Part shown: piece by piece, positions 62,001 through 64,000 of the stretch
How positions within the stretch are numbered: position 1 is the stretch's first letter
Layout: every line of letters starts with the position of its first letter
Source of the DNA: Heterodontus francisci
Taxonomy: Eukaryota
Length of the DNA: 64,000 bases
Direction of reading: 5' to 3'
Assembly: GCF_036365525.1 (NCBI RefSeq)
Contig: NC_090413.1
Location: 28,906,262-28,970,261 of the forward strand
Program-made: the position numbers and the translations under genes
The notes under the pieces: generated by a model
What the model saw: the letters and a program-made list of their open reading frames with translations, nothing else
Told to the model about the DNA's origin: nothing
Databases searched by the model: none

Positions 62001-63902
62001 ATTCTAACCCCACTATTTCAGAATGGAGGGAAAGAGAAAACAGGGAACTACAGACCTGTCAGTCTAAAATCAGTTGCGGGGGAAATGCTAGAATCTATAA
62101 TAAAGGATTTGATAACAGGACATTTGGCAAATAATGGTAGGATTGGTCAGAGTCAACATGGATTTATGAAAGGGAAATCATGTTTAACAAACCTGTTAGA
62201 GTTTTTGAGGATGTAACTAGCTGAATAGATAAGGGGAAACCAGTGGATGTGGTATATTTAGATTTCCAAAAAGCTTTTGATAAGGTCCCACACAAGAGGT
62301 TAGTGAACAAAATTAGAGCACATGGGATTGGAGGGAATATACTGTCATGGATTGAGAACTGGTTAACGGGCAGAAAACAGAGAGTAGGAATAAATGGGTC
62401 ATTTTCGTATAGGTAGGCTGTGACTAGTGGAGGACTGCAAGTATCAGTACTTGGGCCCCAGCTATTCACAATCTTTATCAATGATTTGGATGTGGGAATT
62501 AAATGTAATAATTCCAAGTTTGTAAATGACACAAAAGTAGGTGGAAGTGTGAGTTGTGAGGAGGATGCAAAGACATTTCAAGGGGATTTGCAGAGGTTAA
62601 GTGAGTGGGAAAAAAATTGGAAGATGGAATACAATGTAGAGAAATGTGAGGTTATCCACTTTGATAGGAAAAACAGAAATACAGAGTATTTCTTAAATGA
62701 TGAGAGACTGGGAAGTGTTGAACTTCAAAGGGTTTTGGGTGTCCTTGTTCATGATTAATTTAAAACAACATGCAGGTACAGGAAGCAATTAAGAAGTCAA
62801 ATGGTATGTTGGCCTTCATTACAAGAGGATTTGAGTACAGGAGTAACGATGTCAACTGCAATGATATAGAGCCTTGGTGAGACCGCACCTTGAGTATTGT
62901 CTGCAGTTTTGGTCTCCTTACTGAAGGAAATATATACTTGCCCTGGAGGGAGTGCAACAAAGGTTCACCAGGCTAATTCCTGGGAGGAATTGTCCTATGA
63001 GGAAAGATTAATTAGACTGGGGCTTTATTCTGTGGAGTTTAAAAGAATGAGAGGTATGTTTGAATGAGATCACAACATTCTTACAGGTCTTGACAGGGTA
63101 GATGCAGGAAGGATGTTTCCCCTGGCTGAGGAGTCTAGAACCGGGGACACAATCTAAGAATAAGGGGCAGGCCATTTAGATTAGATTAGATTAGGGATAC
63201 AGCACTGAAACAGGCCCTTCGGCCCACCGAGTCTGTGCCGAACATCAACCACCCATTTATACTAATCCTACACTAATCCCATATTCCGACCAAACATCCC
63301 CACCTGTCCCTATATTTCCCTACCACCTACCTATACTAGTGACAATTTATAATGGCCAATTTACCTATCAACCTGCAAGTCTTTTGGCTTGTGGGAAGAA
63401 ATGAGGAGGATTTAATTTAGGACGGAGATGAGGAGGAATTTCTTCACTCAGGGGGTGGTGAATCTTTGGAATTCTCTGCCCCCGAGGGCTATGGAGGCTC
63501 AGTCATTGAGCATGTTCAAGATTGAAATCGATAGATTTTTACATATTTAAAATTTCAAGTAATATGGGAATAGTGCAGAAAAATGGTGTTGAAGTAGAAG
63601 ATCAGCCATCATCTCATTGAATGGCAGAGGGGCTCAAAGGGCTAATTGGCCTACTCCTGCTCCTATTTCCTATGTTTTTATGTTCTTTAAGCAGGAGACA
63701 GAGACACAGAGAGAGACACACACAGAAATTTAGGGAAGAATTCCCAGAATGGGGCTAAACTGTGGCAAATAGATTTCAATGTAGGTAAATGTGAGTGACC
63801 AAAAAAGGATAGAACAGGGTACTTCCTAAATGGTGAAAATCTAGTAAAAGTGGGTGTCCAAAGAGATCTTGGGGTCCGGGTACATAGATCATTCAAAATG
63901 TC
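59097..63902. repeat. Segmental duplication block 2, right copy
   Basis: Direct repeat of about 10654-16580. Confidence 0.92.
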
Positions 63903-64000
63903 ATGAACAGTTACAGACAATAATCAGCAAGGTGAATGAAATGCTGGCCTTTATATCTCGAGGATTAGAACACAAGGCGGTAAGAGTCATGCTACAGCGA
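61175..64000 (+). mobile_element. CR1 LINE ORF2, degenerate (paralog of 13515-16580)
   Basis: Collinear with the left copy. Lacks the Penelope insertion and carries its own SINE. Confidence 0.9.
63176..63400 (-). mobile_element. 5'-truncated HE1/V-type SINE specific to the right copy
   Basis: Reverse complement of the SINE 3' half with a (tctaa)n tail. Absent at the homologous site near 16110. Confidence 0.85.

Overview
Vertebrate genomic DNA, most likely from a cartilaginous fish (shark). The repeat content points that way: CR1/L2 LINEs, HE1/V-type tRNA SINEs, Penelope-like GIY-YIG elements, an RTE LINE and Gypsy LTR elements. The host content is a tandem array of ICAM/VCAM-family immunoglobulin adhesion genes on the minus strand, with a period of about 47.2 kb. 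One complete gene was assembled by hand from splice sites. It has a signal-peptide exon (51757-51826), six phase-1 Ig exons (48416-48691, 41746-42060, 39613-39906, 36542-36823, 33558-33803, 32887-33168) and a TM/cytoplasmic exon (30145-30350), giving about 656 aa. Its promoter carries a perfect NF-kB site plus ETS and KLF/Sp motifs. Downstream lies a second, orphan membrane-proximal cassette missed by the ORF track: a diverged but open paralog of the D6 exon (19746-20024, GC donor) and a second TM exon (17141-17238) whose ancestral Tyr/PDZ-type tail is cut by two stop codons. This could give the gene alternative C-termini. The D5 exon acceptor reads AT instead of AG. A near-identical second gene begins at 4654 and runs off the left edge. 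Sequence at the right edge matches the 3' flank of the cassette, predicting a third copy beyond 64000. Identity values are by-eye estimates, and repeat boundaries are approximate unless a TSD is given.
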